DNA of 63,426 nucleotides, filler included, from Dugesia japonica (lineage: Eukaryota), in the NCBI GenBank assembly GCA_001938525.1. It is 6 parts of 6 records of this genome, joined end to end, with 100 filler letters (N's around TTAATTAATTAA, not from the genome) between each part and the next. Parts side by side here need not be neighbours in the genome. Positions count along the whole stretch, not along the records: positions 1 to 15,713 come from MQRL01620910.1; positions 15,814 to 24,979 come from MQRL01629012.1; positions 25,080 to 36,256 come from MQRL01635924.1; 3 more parts are not named here. One strand, given 5' to 3'. Positions 13,620 to 26,599 of the stretch are shown here, piece after piece. The position numbers and the translations under genes were made by a program. The notes below the pieces were generated by a model. That model saw only the letters and a program-made list of their open reading frames with translations. It did not search any database and had not been told where the DNA came from. The number at the start of each line of letters is the position of its first letter. Positions within the stretch are counted from its first letter, which is position 1.

Positions 13620-15700
13620 GATTAGAGGGATAGTGGTTGTCAACACCACATATGTGCAAAGACCCCCGCCTGACGTAATGAAATTTAATCCTAATGCATT
13701 TATTGGGAATTTAAAAATTGCATCATAAATTGCATCATTNNNNNNNNNNNNNNNNNNNNNNNNNNNNNNNNNNNNNNNNNNNNNNNNNNNNNNNNNNNNN
13801 NNNTTTTGCACACAAATTATGTCATGAGATTAATTTCATCGATGAAATTTTACGTAATAGGATTAACTGGTGTTACTCACAAGGGATAGTATTAGGTGAA
13901 TTTGAGTGAGCATTGTCTCGTTATTGGTCAGCTTGGGTTGAAGTTTAAGGAAATTCATGATAAAAGTCGAATTTGTTTAAATTTTAAAGTTTTTTAAAAA
14001 TTTTTATCGGAGTGTTTTATAAGAATCCATGCGAACCGTTCATGTTGTTTAAATAATATGAAAATTTAGAATTGTTTTAATGAAATTTTTATGGGAGTCT
14101 TGGTGGACAGTCTAAATTTTTAAAAAATTTGTTTTATATATCAGATTTCAAAGATTTTTATACCAAACTGCTGAGAATTTTACGGCTATCATTTCTCACA
14201 AATAAAAATNTTTCGAAAAGCTGTTCCTTCTCGAATAAGTTAAGAAAGTATCTATTAGAAAGAGAAAGCTTTGCTGATTCCAAATCTGTTAACCTAAAAT
14301 CGCAAAGTCAATACCCGATGAAATAAATAGGGTTTTATGGTGAAAAAATCTCTAATTTTTATACTCAATTTTCTCTGCGTACATAACTCAAATGGTTTCA
14401 AATTTGGTATTATTTTACTCAGGGGTAAAAAGTGACTGTGCAAAGTTAAAAATATCGTCTCGGGAAAAATGCTTCCTAAAAAATATGTACAGCCGTCCTC
14501 CCGGATTTGATAAAATTTTTTTAAAATATCAAAAGTACCTCAAAATTTATCTAACTTTATACTATTCGACTGGAACTTTTACGCTAAGTACAAATAACAC
14601 GGTTAAAAATCACCAAACTGTATAGATAAAAAGTTATATAGAAAAACGTGTATTTAATTTAGGAGTCCCTGAGGAACAGAACATAGTTTAATAATTTACT
14701 CGATTAAGCCTATTTTTTGTATTGGTTTACGGTCAATTTCGATGATAATTTACTCTTCATTGGACTTTTCTCTCACTTATTGATTTCCTCACTGTTCGCT
14801 GGTCTTCAGTGAACAGTGATCAGTGCTCTGCACACTGGAATTAAATTTTCTGATCACANTNNACTGGATTTCCCACTNTGTACAGGTCTTTACTCATCAC
14901 TAGTGGTAAATGCACTGTTTAATTAGTATTTAATTANTTAACCTGTTCTATATTTTTACTTGTAATTTTGAAATTCAATTAGATTATTTTAATGGTTTTA
15001 GCTTTCTAGATTATTTTAATTCAATTTTTTAATTAGTGTTCTATATTTTATCGTTCAAATTAAAATAAAGTTTAATTTATAACATGAAATTTTTATTAAG
15101 ATTGATTCATTGAAATAATTTATAATCATTTTTTGAAAATAATCCATATAATTGATTGAATAAATTAAGTATGATGAATTGATTAATTTTCAATGTGTAA
15201 TTTGATTAAAACTATATTTTTGTAAGTAAATGTTTAATTATGTTTTGAAAATAAATTAGAACTCAATTATATATTTTTATGATTAAATTTAAAATTTTTT
15301 ACGGTTAAATGAAAATTATAATAGAAAATGTTTATTAATTACTGATGAAATTCGAAATATTTTTTAATCAAATTAAATCTCACATGTATTTTTTAATTAA
15401 TGGTTAATTTATAATAGGAATTTTTTATTAAGCATAGATTCATTAAAATACTTTCTAAACAATTATTGGAAATAACTCATATAAATGATATATAGATTAA
15501 GTATGATGTACTTAATAATTTTCAAATAATTATCAGTAAAAGTATATACAACTTGAATTTATGTGAAAACACATTAATTTTAGAAAAATCTTTCAAATAA
15601 ATAGTTAAAATATGCCTTATAAATAAGAGTAGAGAATTAATGAAAATAAAAACTTAACTCAAATTTAAGCATCAAAATAACTATAAGATAGAGCATTTAA
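13620..15700 (-). repeat. Inverted copy of the Polinton terminal region
   Basis: 13670-13870 (ACGTAATGAAATTTAATCCTAATG, CACAAATTATGTCATGAGATTAATTT) and 14360-14690 match the reverse complement of 40020-41020. Confidence 0.7.
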
Positions 15701-15713
15701 TGCTGAGTAAGAA

Positions 15714-15813
15714 NNNNNNNNNNNNNNNNNNNNNNNNNNNNNNNNNNNNNNNNNNNNTTAATTAATTAANNNNNNNNNNNNNNNNNNNNNNNNNNNNNNN
15801 NNNNNNNNNNNNN
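15714..15813. other. Artificial contig spacer N44-TTAATTAATTAA-N44 (also 24980-25079, 36257-36356, 44682-44781, 55149-55248)
   Basis: Five identical 100-nt spacers; the 12-mer places stop codons in all six frames. Confidence 0.95.
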
Positions 15814-17036
15814 AAAACTTGAATTTTGAAATGGCAAATGTTTCGGAAGAGCAAAAATTATTGCTTCTACTACATTATGAATGATTGTCGATCTTAATGG
15901 GAAAGATGGAACCCGTATACGGTTCTGTCAAAGAATTATGTCAAGCTTTCGAAGTAAATAAAAATTATGCCAGAAAATTGTGGGACATGATTTTGAACGT
16001 GGAACATTTGATAGGAAGTAGGGTTCTGGAAGATCGCATATTGAAAATTATGAAGAGAGACGGGCAGCAGTGTCGAATACCATTCGTAAGCGCTGCAATA
16101 GTAGCATCTCCGACATTTCAAAAGCTACTGAAATCCCACGGAGCAGTGTGCAAAGTATTGTTGTAGATGAACAGACTTGTCCATGGGAAACTGTGGCTCA
16201 TAGCAGATGATCAGATGAATAAAAGGTTGATGTGGTGCCTACAACACCGCTGTAACACATGAGACACGTGTGTGCACATTGATGAAAAATGGTTCATGCT
16301 ACATTCATTTACTCGCGAAAGATATCATGACAATAGTTCCAGAAAGAAAGTTCCTGTATAAAGCAAGGCCAATATCCCTAAAATAATGATACTAACTGCT
16401 GTTGCGAAACTCTGAAAAGAATTTTAACGGTCTCGTTGGCATATGGAGAATTCAGTCAGACTACGAAGCCCAGTGATTATCGAAAAATCACAAAAATGAT
16501 GAGGTGTACAAAGTTGATAACACAATCACTTCTGACTCTTTTTATAAATTATGCATAATGAAATCATGCATGCAGTCTGCAACAAGAAGTATTGATGCGA
16601 AAACATTTTCATCCAAATGGGTAATGCTCGTTCACATGTTGGTAAAAGCAACGTTCAACAATTAAATGATTTTGGTGACAGTCTATCTCCAACAGTCACG
16701 GTTATGAACCAGCCAGCTTAATCTCCTGAGTTAAACATCAATGATCTTGGATTGTTTCATTCCTTGAATAAGCGACGCCAAAAATGTATGTATAACGACC
16801 TGGATATATTGTGGGCAACTTTAGAAGCCGAATTTTGGTCTACTAAGGAAGAAACAATAACTTCTTTCTTCGAGACAAAATCTCGATTCGTTAACCAGAT
16901 TATTGTTTCAAAAGAAGCGGCTGTCAATGTTACTCATAAATGATTAATATTAACATTTTATTTTGTAAAGATTTGAAAAATACAAATTTTCTTGGTTTTT
17001 TAATTTATTTAAAAATCCAATTTTTTTGGGATGGAG
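15814..17036 (+). mobile_element. Degenerate DD39D-like (plant-type) mariner with Stowaway-like right end
   Basis: Motifs HIDEKWF, KIMILTAVAK, QMGNARSH and QPA*SPELNINDLGLF. Right end ...TTTTGGGATGGAG then TA (reverse complement TA-CTCCATCCC). Left end lost at the contig join. Confidence 0.8.
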
Positions 17037-18017
17037 TATATATATATATATATTTATGAATATTTAAAAATTTGTTGATAAATATATCGAAGATTAGAGA
17101 TAAGTCAGTTAATAAGTCTGTTATTAATTATTATTAATAATTATGGATTGTTACATTAATAAAAAATTCATGTGTATTAATTGATCGATTCTTAATATAT
17201 TAATGGACCCATCTCTAATTATTAATAGTAATTAGTAACCAGCATATTAATAAGCTTAGTAATAAACATATCATTTTATTTATCAATTATTATTACTAAA
17301 TTAATAACTTACTACTAACTTATAATATTAATAAACACATCCATATTAAAGTGCATTCATAAATTAGAAATTATTCATGATTACATGAAAAATCATTCTT
17401 AAATAAATTAAATTAGTTATAAATATATTAAAAATAAATTGGTAAATAGTAAATAACCACATTTAAAAAAAATTTTTATTTCAAATGACGTTATTTATTT
17501 TATATTAAAAATAATTAATAACTATATTAAAAATTATTCAAGATTTAAAATAAAAATTAAAAGTGTAAATCAAAACAAAATTTGGAGATACAACATTTTG
17601 TTTTTACTTACACCTTTAACTTTTAATTTAGATTTTGAATTTAATGAATATATCAATAAAAAAATAATTATAATCACAAACAATATTCAAGATTATTCAT
17701 AAATATATTAAAAATTATTCGTAAACATATTAAATAATTATTCCTAATAAATCTTAATAAATTAAAATTACTTTAACTTTTTATGTTCACTTACATTATT
17801 GAGTGTAATATCAGAATTAAACAAAAATAATAAAAATTATTTATAATTAAACTTTGGAATTAAAAACTTTTAATACATTTAATATTTTTTTAATATATTT
17901 AGACATAAACTTGTATTGAATATTGGATAATTTCTAAAATCTTTTAACACTTTTCGTGTAAATTTTTATTAACACTGTATTATTTGTATACTATTAAAGA
18001 CTATTAAAACTTCTTAC

Positions 18018-18673
18018 TGGATTCTTTTCGTTTTTATTTAGAGAAACAACAGTAGTATTACATATTGCCATCAATAAGAAAAAATCTTTGATAATATTGT
18101 TATGAGAATCTTCTGTTTCTTTTATACCTTCTTCATCTCCATTTAACATTGGAATGAGATCTTTAAATGATTTTTGAGTTGAATCAAAGTTCTGTTTTAA
18201 AAGATAAGAGTTATAAAATCATAGAAGTAACAAAATAAATTTGATTATTTAAATTAGTTATGGTTATTATTATTTAAAAAGATTATTTAGAATTATTATT
18301 AATTTTGTATTAGCTTTTAACAAATCTTTTCTTTCAATCAAATGTTCAATTACGTGCAGATTGAATATTATTTTTGCAAAAATAATACTATTGACAACTC
18401 ATTACTCGCGAGTATTGGTGCCTTTTATGTGTCTTTAAATTATTTATCTTTTTAATAAGGTCACTATAAAAAATGTTGAGATGCCAAATTAAAAAATTTT
18501 TACACCCATGACCTAATTGATTCAATTAAATTATTAGTGAAACATTAATAGGCTGCGAAAAAAATTAATTAATATGTAATTGTAAAACAAATGTATTTTA
18601 TACATAAAGAANNNNNNNNNNNNNNNNNNNNNNNNNNNNNNNNNNNNNNNNNNNNNNNNNNNNNNNNNNNNNN

Positions 18674-18734
<61 letters not shown>

Positions 18735-19023
18735 TTTTATTTTTTTAATATTAATCAGACATTAATCTTTATTTAAGGAGGATTATCAATAAGAATAAAA
18801 ATTGATTATGAATCACAAATTATTCTTTCTATTAGTTTTAAAAGATGAATAATTTTTAACCAGTGATTTATTAAAATAATAATTAAATATTATTCAATTA
18901 ATATTAACTTATGATTAAATAGCTGTTAAAATAGCTGATTAAATCTAACCTGTTTCTTGTCATCCGAATCTCCAAATTCAGATTTCAAAGTCACATTATC
19001 TGAATGCATCTCTGGATCTGCAT
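18018..19023 (-). CDS. Two internal exons of a P4-type ATPase (phospholipid flippase, ATP10-like), partial
   Basis: Exon 19023-18950 (DADPEMHSDNVTLKSEFGDSDDKKQ) splices in phase to exon 18191-18018 (NFDSTQKSFK...IIKDFFLLMAICNTTVVSLNKNEKNP), with canonical AG/GT sites. DFFxxxxICNTxVVS is the P4-ATPase N-domain motif. Confidence 0.7.
18674..18733. repeat. (AAT)n microsatellite
   Basis: Perfect AAT run next to an N gap. Confidence 0.95.
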
Positions 19024-19578
19024 CTAATATGGAAATTTGTATCAATGTCAATATAATAATTAAAAATAATTTTAATTAACATTTTATTGTAAATGCAAAA
19101 ATTGCTTCATAAATTATGAATAATAACTTTTTAAAGTTATATTAAAATATTTTTAGTCTATAAAAAGAAAAATTATATTTGAACAAAAAAAATCAATGTA
19201 GAGATAAATTTCTTACCTTTTTTGACTTCAATTAGTAATATGTAATACGTTTTGGAATTAATAATTTAGTTAATGTGGTATAAAACTCGTATAAAATTGA
19301 TTTGCAAAATTATTTATACATGTATGTATAGATAGCTGTCGTTGAGATCTACATAAATATATAATTATATATGTAAAGTTTTTATTTCGTAATTTATGGA
19401 CAAAATTCAAAATTTGCAATACTTTTTGTAATAATTATATATATGCGTGTGTGTAAACATTATCATTAATTAACATCATTTTACTAAACGTCTCTAATGA
19501 CACTATAATTTTATAAATTTATACTTGTGCTAAAATTCTTTAAATATTGAGTTTATAAAAATTGAATATCATTTCTAT

Positions 19579-22206
19579 CAGTGATTCTTAATCTATGGGT
19601 CATATTTCAAAATTTCCCACTACCATTTTTTAAAAAAAATTATACGTTAATTTATAAATAAGTGAGATTCTTTCATAATAAAATTCATTAAAAAATCAAA
19701 TAATTTTAAACCCAAGATTGATTTTTGTTATATTTTAAGCTTTTTTCTTATCTTGTTCTATATTAAATACAAAATTACATCTTTCAATAGATCAAACACA
19801 CTTTTTACATACTATTTTTCAAATACTTATATTGAATTAATAAGTTTTTAAAATAAATTAATTCAATAAATTTAAAATCACTATATTTATCTATACAAAG
19901 AAACCTTTTCTGAAATGGGATTTACTTATCTTAATGATCGTGGAATTAAAAACCACAATACTAAGTAATGAATCATTGAAGCCAAATAAACTTAAAAGGC
20001 ATTTTGATACCAAACCCAAAAGATTATTCTTTGAAGATAAAGATCGTCAATTTTTTGAAATCAAAGAACTTCTATTGATCATTTAGAAAAAATAATAATA
20101 GAATTTGATTGGTATTTTCCAGAAAATTATATTTTTAAATATAATTTGGTTAAAATAGCATTTGATTTTGATGTTATGATTTACATAATGATTTGATGTT
20201 TATGATTTATAATATTAACGAATTGCAAGAATAATTATTGGAAATTCCATCTGATCCAACATTAAAATATAATTTCTATGAAAACACTTTATATGCTTTC
20301 TGGTTAAAATTTAAAACCCAAAAGAAAATAAGTTTTCAGTAGCCAATAAAATTTTACTTCCTTTTTCAACAACAAATATGTGTGAGTCTTGATTTTCGGC
20401 TCTAACTTTAATTAAAAGCAAATGCCGAATCATTAAGATGATATTAGGTGCTGTTTATCAAATAATCAACCAAGATTTGAGGTTCTTTCTAAATTTGTTA
20501 AATCTCAAGGTTCACATTAAAATATTTGGTAACTATTTATAAGAAATTGAGCATTCATAATCCTGTTTATTGTAATTATCTTATATTTATTTTTTTCAAA
20601 TCTAATATATTATAAATTTGTAAATAAAACTAAGGAATTCATGATAGTGAATTTTTTAGGAAATTCGGTTTTTGTTTAAATTTTGTATTTTGTGTTTTGG
20701 GTTGTGAGAACATTTTGAAATTGCTTGGCTTGATCAGTTGAAATTTTTAGAAACTTGTAATTATTATTTTTTATTGCAGTTGTAATTTTATTGGTTCAGG
20801 TTAGAATTTATTTAAATAAACTTTGTATTAAATTGTTAATTCTTTGGTATTTATTAATCTTTCTAAGAGTGTAATTGTCAAACTTTTATTATTATATTTA
20901 ATAACTATATTTATTATTTCATGAGTAAATCAGAAGAAATTTTAGGGAGATTACGTTATCCTAACATGGTGGCAGTGGTAAACACCAACTCGATTACCGA
21001 ACGTCTGCTTCCCAAAATATTTTGCAAAAGTGACGATATTGAGTGTTTTATTAAGAGATGAGAGCTTTATTTTGATGCAAAGGGAATTTTTCAGAAAAAA
21101 GACCAAGAAAGGTTAGTTTTATGCTTATTGGATGAAGATTTGGTAGAGGAATACGTTAAGACAGCAAAGAAAACAGAGGGGTTTCAGTCCCGTTTGTGTT
21201 TGGCTTTTGAAAAAGATAAAGACATAATGGGAGATTTACAGACTTTATTAAATTTTAAACGAGGAAACATGGAGGTGGAAGCATATATAAAGAAAGTAGA
21301 AAATATAGTAGGTAAGATATTTGATAACAAAGAGTTTACAAGGAAATAGCTAATTGCCAAAATGCTTGTTTTTTGTGCTGAAAATCGAAAAATAAAAGTA
21401 GTGCTGAGAGAATTAGAAACATTAGAAGAAATTAAAGAAACATTAGTTTAGTTGGATCGAGTAGAGCAGAAGAGGGAACAAGTTAACGAAGTATGCAGTT
21501 ATGCGAGAGTTGTAAGTACACAACGACCGGAACCGAGAGAGTTTAGAGATATCAGACAACAGGATAGAAGTAAAGACAAGAGAGAAATTGTTGAATATGC
21601 CATAATGTTGGTCATAGAAGAGAGAAGTACAGGAATGTTGATCGTGTCATAAAAATGACCATATTAGTAGAGAATGCCAAGAAAGACAGCAAATTATATA
21701 TTTCTGGTGGGGGAAAGTCGGTCATATTAGAAGATGGTGCCCAGAGGGGCGATGCAGAAGATGTAACAGTGGGAACCATCGGACGGAGAATTGTTTCNGA
21801 AATATTGGAAGACGACAAATGGGGGACAGAATAGAAATGAATGAACAGAGGCGACGATATAATCAGTAAAACATGATAGTAGAAGAAAATGAGAGAAATG
21901 AACGAGAGTTTGATAGAGAATACGAAGAGGAAGAAATAGGAAAACCTGTCCCAAACAAATGGGCTTTATCAGTAGAGGAGTTGGTCGGAGCCGTATATTA
22001 ATATAAAGACCAGCTGAGTATCCTCAGGGAGCAGAGAAGTGGGAGAATGTGGACAAAGTGGGGGAGAAGGTTTATCGGTTTATGAAGAGAAGGAATTTTG
22101 TTAGTGAGGATGAAACAAAAAACATTTAAATTTATCAATTTATAAAGGACATGGTCTCGAAATTTTTTTTTAAGGGTCGAACGCAAAAAAAGGTTAGGAA
22201 CCACTG
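19579..22206 (+). mobile_element. hAT Buster/Charlie element, internally deleted, carrying a nested LTR fragment
   Basis: TIRs CAGTGATTCTTAA / TTAGGAACCACTG with 8-bp flanks ATTTCTAT / ATTTATAT. Remnants NESLKPNKLKRHFDTK, KILLPFSTTNMCES*FSALTLIKSK and QGSH* (ZBED5/Buster-type). Confidence 0.85.
20700..22110 (+). mobile_element. Gypsy 5' fragment (LTR end, tRNA-Leu-type PBS, gag) nested in the hAT
   Basis: ...TAACA followed by TGGTGGCAGTGG (20967-20978) and a gag-like degenerate ORF. Homologous to 58960-59560 and 52700-53430 (both minus). Left boundary approximate. Confidence 0.65.
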
Positions 22207-22399
22207 ATTTATATTATTATTATTTATATAATTCAAATGCAAAAGAGTGATTTCAAAAGACAATTTTTAAATTGGTATAAAAATTTCCAGAAAATGTTAC
22301 TATTATTATTATTATTAAAATAACACTGGAAATTAGTAGTATTTACATTACTCATAAATAATTATGATTTTGTTATCACTACAATTTTTAAGAGCGTTC

Positions 22400-22680
22400 T
22401 AAACCTTCCTTCGATTAATCATAATTAGTGGCATTACTAATTTTAAAGTTCGCGTCTCTATGAATTCCTATTTATATTACCGTCCCTTTGAAAAGTATTG
22501 ATATAACTATCAGCGATTAAATAAATGTTTGGTGATCTCATCTGAATGTTGTTGTTTTATTCTTTTACAGACTCTTTTAATTTCGTGGGTCCAGAACTGT
22601 ATAGCATATTAAAGTCTCTAGCCAGGCGTCAAGATCCCTTAGCGTTTACTGAAGGACTTTTCATTATTGATGGTTTTGAG
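22400..22680 (-). mobile_element. Possible CR1/L2 LINE 3' remnant
   Basis: Minus strand YAIQFWTP resembles the CR1-type LEYAVQFWSP motif. Very decayed. Confidence 0.3.
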
Positions 22681-25079
22681 AAGAATAATTAACTTTAGAC
22701 TTTAAGATGATTTAAAGCGCTCGTCAAGATTTGAACAATTTGTAATTTATTTGACAACAGATAGGTGCGTTCTTTTGAAGTAAAGCTATAGATTCTATCA
22801 GGGTAGAACAGAACTTAAACAAGCCAACTACCTTAATTATCAGGATTTAAGCAGTAAATGTAAAATTATGAAGTAGAAACTTTTGAAAACTCAAAAAACT
22901 AGAGATTTGAAATAAAAACAAAGAATTAGCTCATAGAACCAAATGAATGTTACGCTATAAATTATATTTGAATAGTAAGAATAAATATTTATCAACAGTA
23001 ATGTTCTTTTGAGTAAATTAATGCTGCTTTATAGGTTATTGTTTTCCTTATTCACAATATTTTTTACTCAATAAGATCTTTAAACCACACCGTAACTTTT
23101 TGAATACCTTGTAAAATCAATAGAAGAAAAATAGAAAATAAGAGCGTGTAAATCACGATTAATTATATTACAACAAAACAATAAAATCAGTTGAGATTTT
23201 CTATTAAATTATTCTGCTAAAATTGATCTATTTTATAACTGATGAAATCAGTAGCTGTCAATAATCTATATCATTTGAAGTCAATAATTTGGAAAGTGCG
23301 TTTAACGTGTAAAAGCTTAAAATCATAAATGACGAAATCAAAACCTATTGATTAAATGTAATCGAAGAATTATCATATTTTTAACGATTTTCAATTTTAA
23401 AAATAACTTTTTTTGTCAATAAAATTAGACGTATTTTAAAAGTGTGTCCGAAAAACAACACAAAATACTACATAAACTTTCAGCAGCTGGATAAACTTTA
23501 ATTTAAGTAACTGTTTTAATAAAAATATTTGAAAAATTAAATAAATAAACAAAAACAGTTTTTCAGAAAATATCGATGAATTATAGAAATAAAATACAAA
23601 AAAAATAAATAAAATTTGACCAATTGGAAGAGACGGAAATTTGCAGAATTCGTAAAAATAAGTTTCGACATTTTAAATGACTTCGCACAACAATGTCTTA
23701 TTCCACAAACGTTTTATACAAATCTCTTATTTAAGGAATTATGTTTATTGATCGTGTAAATATTTTCGTAAAAATAAGAAATTATTTTACGTATACAATT
23801 ATATTATATTGCCTCAATAAAGATGAAAGAGGCTTATTGAATGTATTAAAGCAAAGTTAAAGAAGTCATCCGAAAAAATACAAATAAATGTGAGTTTAAA
23901 GAAAAAAGAATTAAATTTATTTCATTAAAATTATTTAGTGTTTAATTTTTGTAAAAACAAAAAGTAAACGTAAAAATATATAACTTTGTTTGTCATTCTT
24001 GAATATTAATATTAATATGTAAATTTTTTAAATTTAATTTTCATTTCTTGTTTCTCGATCGTATTAGTGTTTACCGCTATCTCCATGTTAGATAAACTCG
24101 TCGTTTCATCTGGAACTTCTTCAGTATCTAATGTCATCATCTTTTCGATCAAATCAATCACATAAAAACTGCTTCACGAAAAATATTCAATAATTATCAA
24201 TAATGAACACCACAGATAACATTTAATAACTAATAAAGAAAAAAATTTTATTACGAAAGATTTATTATAAATTTGCTAAAAATATTTACAAACAATTAAC
24301 CAAAACGTTAAAATAACGATTATCAATAATTACTAAAAGATTTGTAAAAACTAATTACAAAACGGTTACAAAAAATTATATAATAATTACTAACGTAAAG
24401 ATACAATATGTTGAATGTCAGGAAATTGTGGTAGAAGAGAATTTTTCATTAAATGTACATTATTATTTTATTGTTGATTTTTATAAATTGTAAATTAAAA
24501 TAAAGGTGTTTTTTAAACGAGCAAAGTGAATTTGAATAGTGGTAAATTAACTTTCATTGAAACTTGTAAATTTTGGGAATAAATTATTTAATTGAATTTG
24601 ATAACTTCAGTATTTGAATTATTAGATCTCTTGTAATCTATTTTGGTAAAAGTTATAACTAGAGTATTTTTTTTAGACAACAAATTTAGACTTAAAAGTT
24701 TTTTAGACTTTATTTAGACCTAAAAAATATTTTAAATTGTACTTACATTGAAGTTTAGCGTTCNNNNNNNNNNNNNNNNNNNNNNNNNNNNNNNNNNNNN
24801 NNNNNNNNNNNNNNNNNNNNNNNNNCATTATATTAATGTTACCAATAACTGTTATTAATTATAAGATATAATGTATAACAATCAATTACTACATTAAAAC
24901 AACAGTAATACAATGAATTTTAGACCTTATTTAGACCTAAAAACATTGGTTAGACTATTTTAACCTAATAAAACAGTTTNNNNNNNNNNNNNNNNNNNNN
25001 NNNNNNNNNNNNNNNNNNNNNNNTTAATTAATTAANNNNNNNNNNNNNNNNNNNNNNNNNNNNNNNNNNNNNNNNNNNN

Positions 25080-26033
25080 TTGTATTTGTATTTGTGGCAT
25101 TTAAACTAATATCACTTTTCCCGAAATTCCCGAATCATAACACTCCTTCCCCCTAATTATCTTTGATTTGATGTAATTCTCTTTGCGAATTTCATGCCAG
25201 TAACAATTAAAACCATCAGGGATATCTAAATTGAATTTTTTCTCATCGGACCACACCACTTTTTGCCATTTAAGATTTCAGGTCATGTGCTCTTTCGACC
25301 AGGCTAGTCTCTTCACTCTGTGATGCACTCTCAATTGCGGAATTGTTGGTATTTTCATATATTTAAGCATGGTTGATTTATTAATTTGCCTATTAACAAT
25401 CCATCTTGAGCAAGTTAACGACAAGTCACAAATAATTTGTTTGGCACAGATTGATTTATTACTTGCGACTAGAATAATGTCTTTTATCACGATTTTATAT
25501 AACTGATTAACGCCTTTTTCTAATAATTTTGTTATACCCATTTGTATTGTTGATGTAATTATTGATAACACGTGGAGATCGTTTTAGATATTTTGCAATC
25601 ATTCGATTTAATACACCTTCGAGTTTACATGCAAAAATTCTCCCAATTTCTTCCTGTGATAGAACTTTTCTTTTTGGCATATTATAAAAGTTGATTAATT
25701 ATTTTAATTAAAAATAATATTTTTAACACTAGATTTACGGACTGACCCAATTTGACTCAATTTGCTATATATTTGCATAGCAAATTAAATCAATCCGCAA
25801 ATCTAGTGGTTAATAATTACATATTTCAAACAAAAAGATTAATTATTATGAAATGAGGTTATAATATTACACCATTAAATTCACAGCAAAATATGCATAT
25901 TTTTTATTTATTAAGAGTTACTTATTACATTCGTATTTACTTTAATTTAATATTAGATAAAAACATTTGATGATATATTTAATATATCTTTGAAATTAAT
26001 GAAAATGAAGAGGTTATAATTTTGTATCACACT
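25080..26033 (-). mobile_element. Tc1/Tc3-like transposon, 5' half
   Basis: Minus strand HRVKRLAWSKEHM and [30 protein letters not shown] (Tc3-like). End ...TTTTGTATCACACTA near 26033. Confidence 0.8.
25727..25809. mobile_element. 83-bp piggyBac-like MITE
   Basis: TTAA-CACTAGATTTACGGA...TCCGCAAATCTAGTGG-TTAA: inverted termini and TTAA flanks. Confidence 0.65.
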
Positions 26034-26599
26034 ATAGGTATACTTTTATTTTACATAAAATTACTAATTTCATGCTAGAAAAAAATTATATTTCATAAGA
26101 AAAGTTTTTTAAGTAAAGTGTAAACCTTTCAAAATCCATAAAATATAAATTTGGCATGAAAACAATTATTTAACTAAAAATGACTAATTAATTTATTTTC
26201 TTTCCAAACGTAAATTATTTTGAAATTACAATTAAAAATTGTTTATAAAGATATCATCTAGAACTGGGGCACTCAGACTTATTTTAACCCTTTTGTTATG
26301 GAGTATTTTTAAGTTCATATTGCTCTGAATACGTATTTCTATCGGTATTATAGTATAAGAAACAGCATTATCTTGAACGAAAACATTTTTAAGAATAAAC
26401 AAATTTAAATTTCCCGTTCTCAGACATACAAAAACCATCAATCGGAAATATACGCTCTTCGTTTATAAAGTCCACTTATACAAAAACGTATAAGGTTAAA
26501 GGACTATGTAAATAATTATTTTTAATTTTTCGAGAACGCATAAAATGATATCTTCACGTTTCCCAAGAATTTTTTTTGTCAAGAAACAGAAAATGGATA

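Noticed and set aside
15758-15769. Recurrent TTAATTAATTAA as a biological motif
   Set aside because: Always centred in exactly 44+44 Ns, so it is an assembly linker.
18591-18776. Poly-Ile ORFs (also 46966-47340)
   Set aside because: Translations of (AAT)n microsatellites and N gaps.
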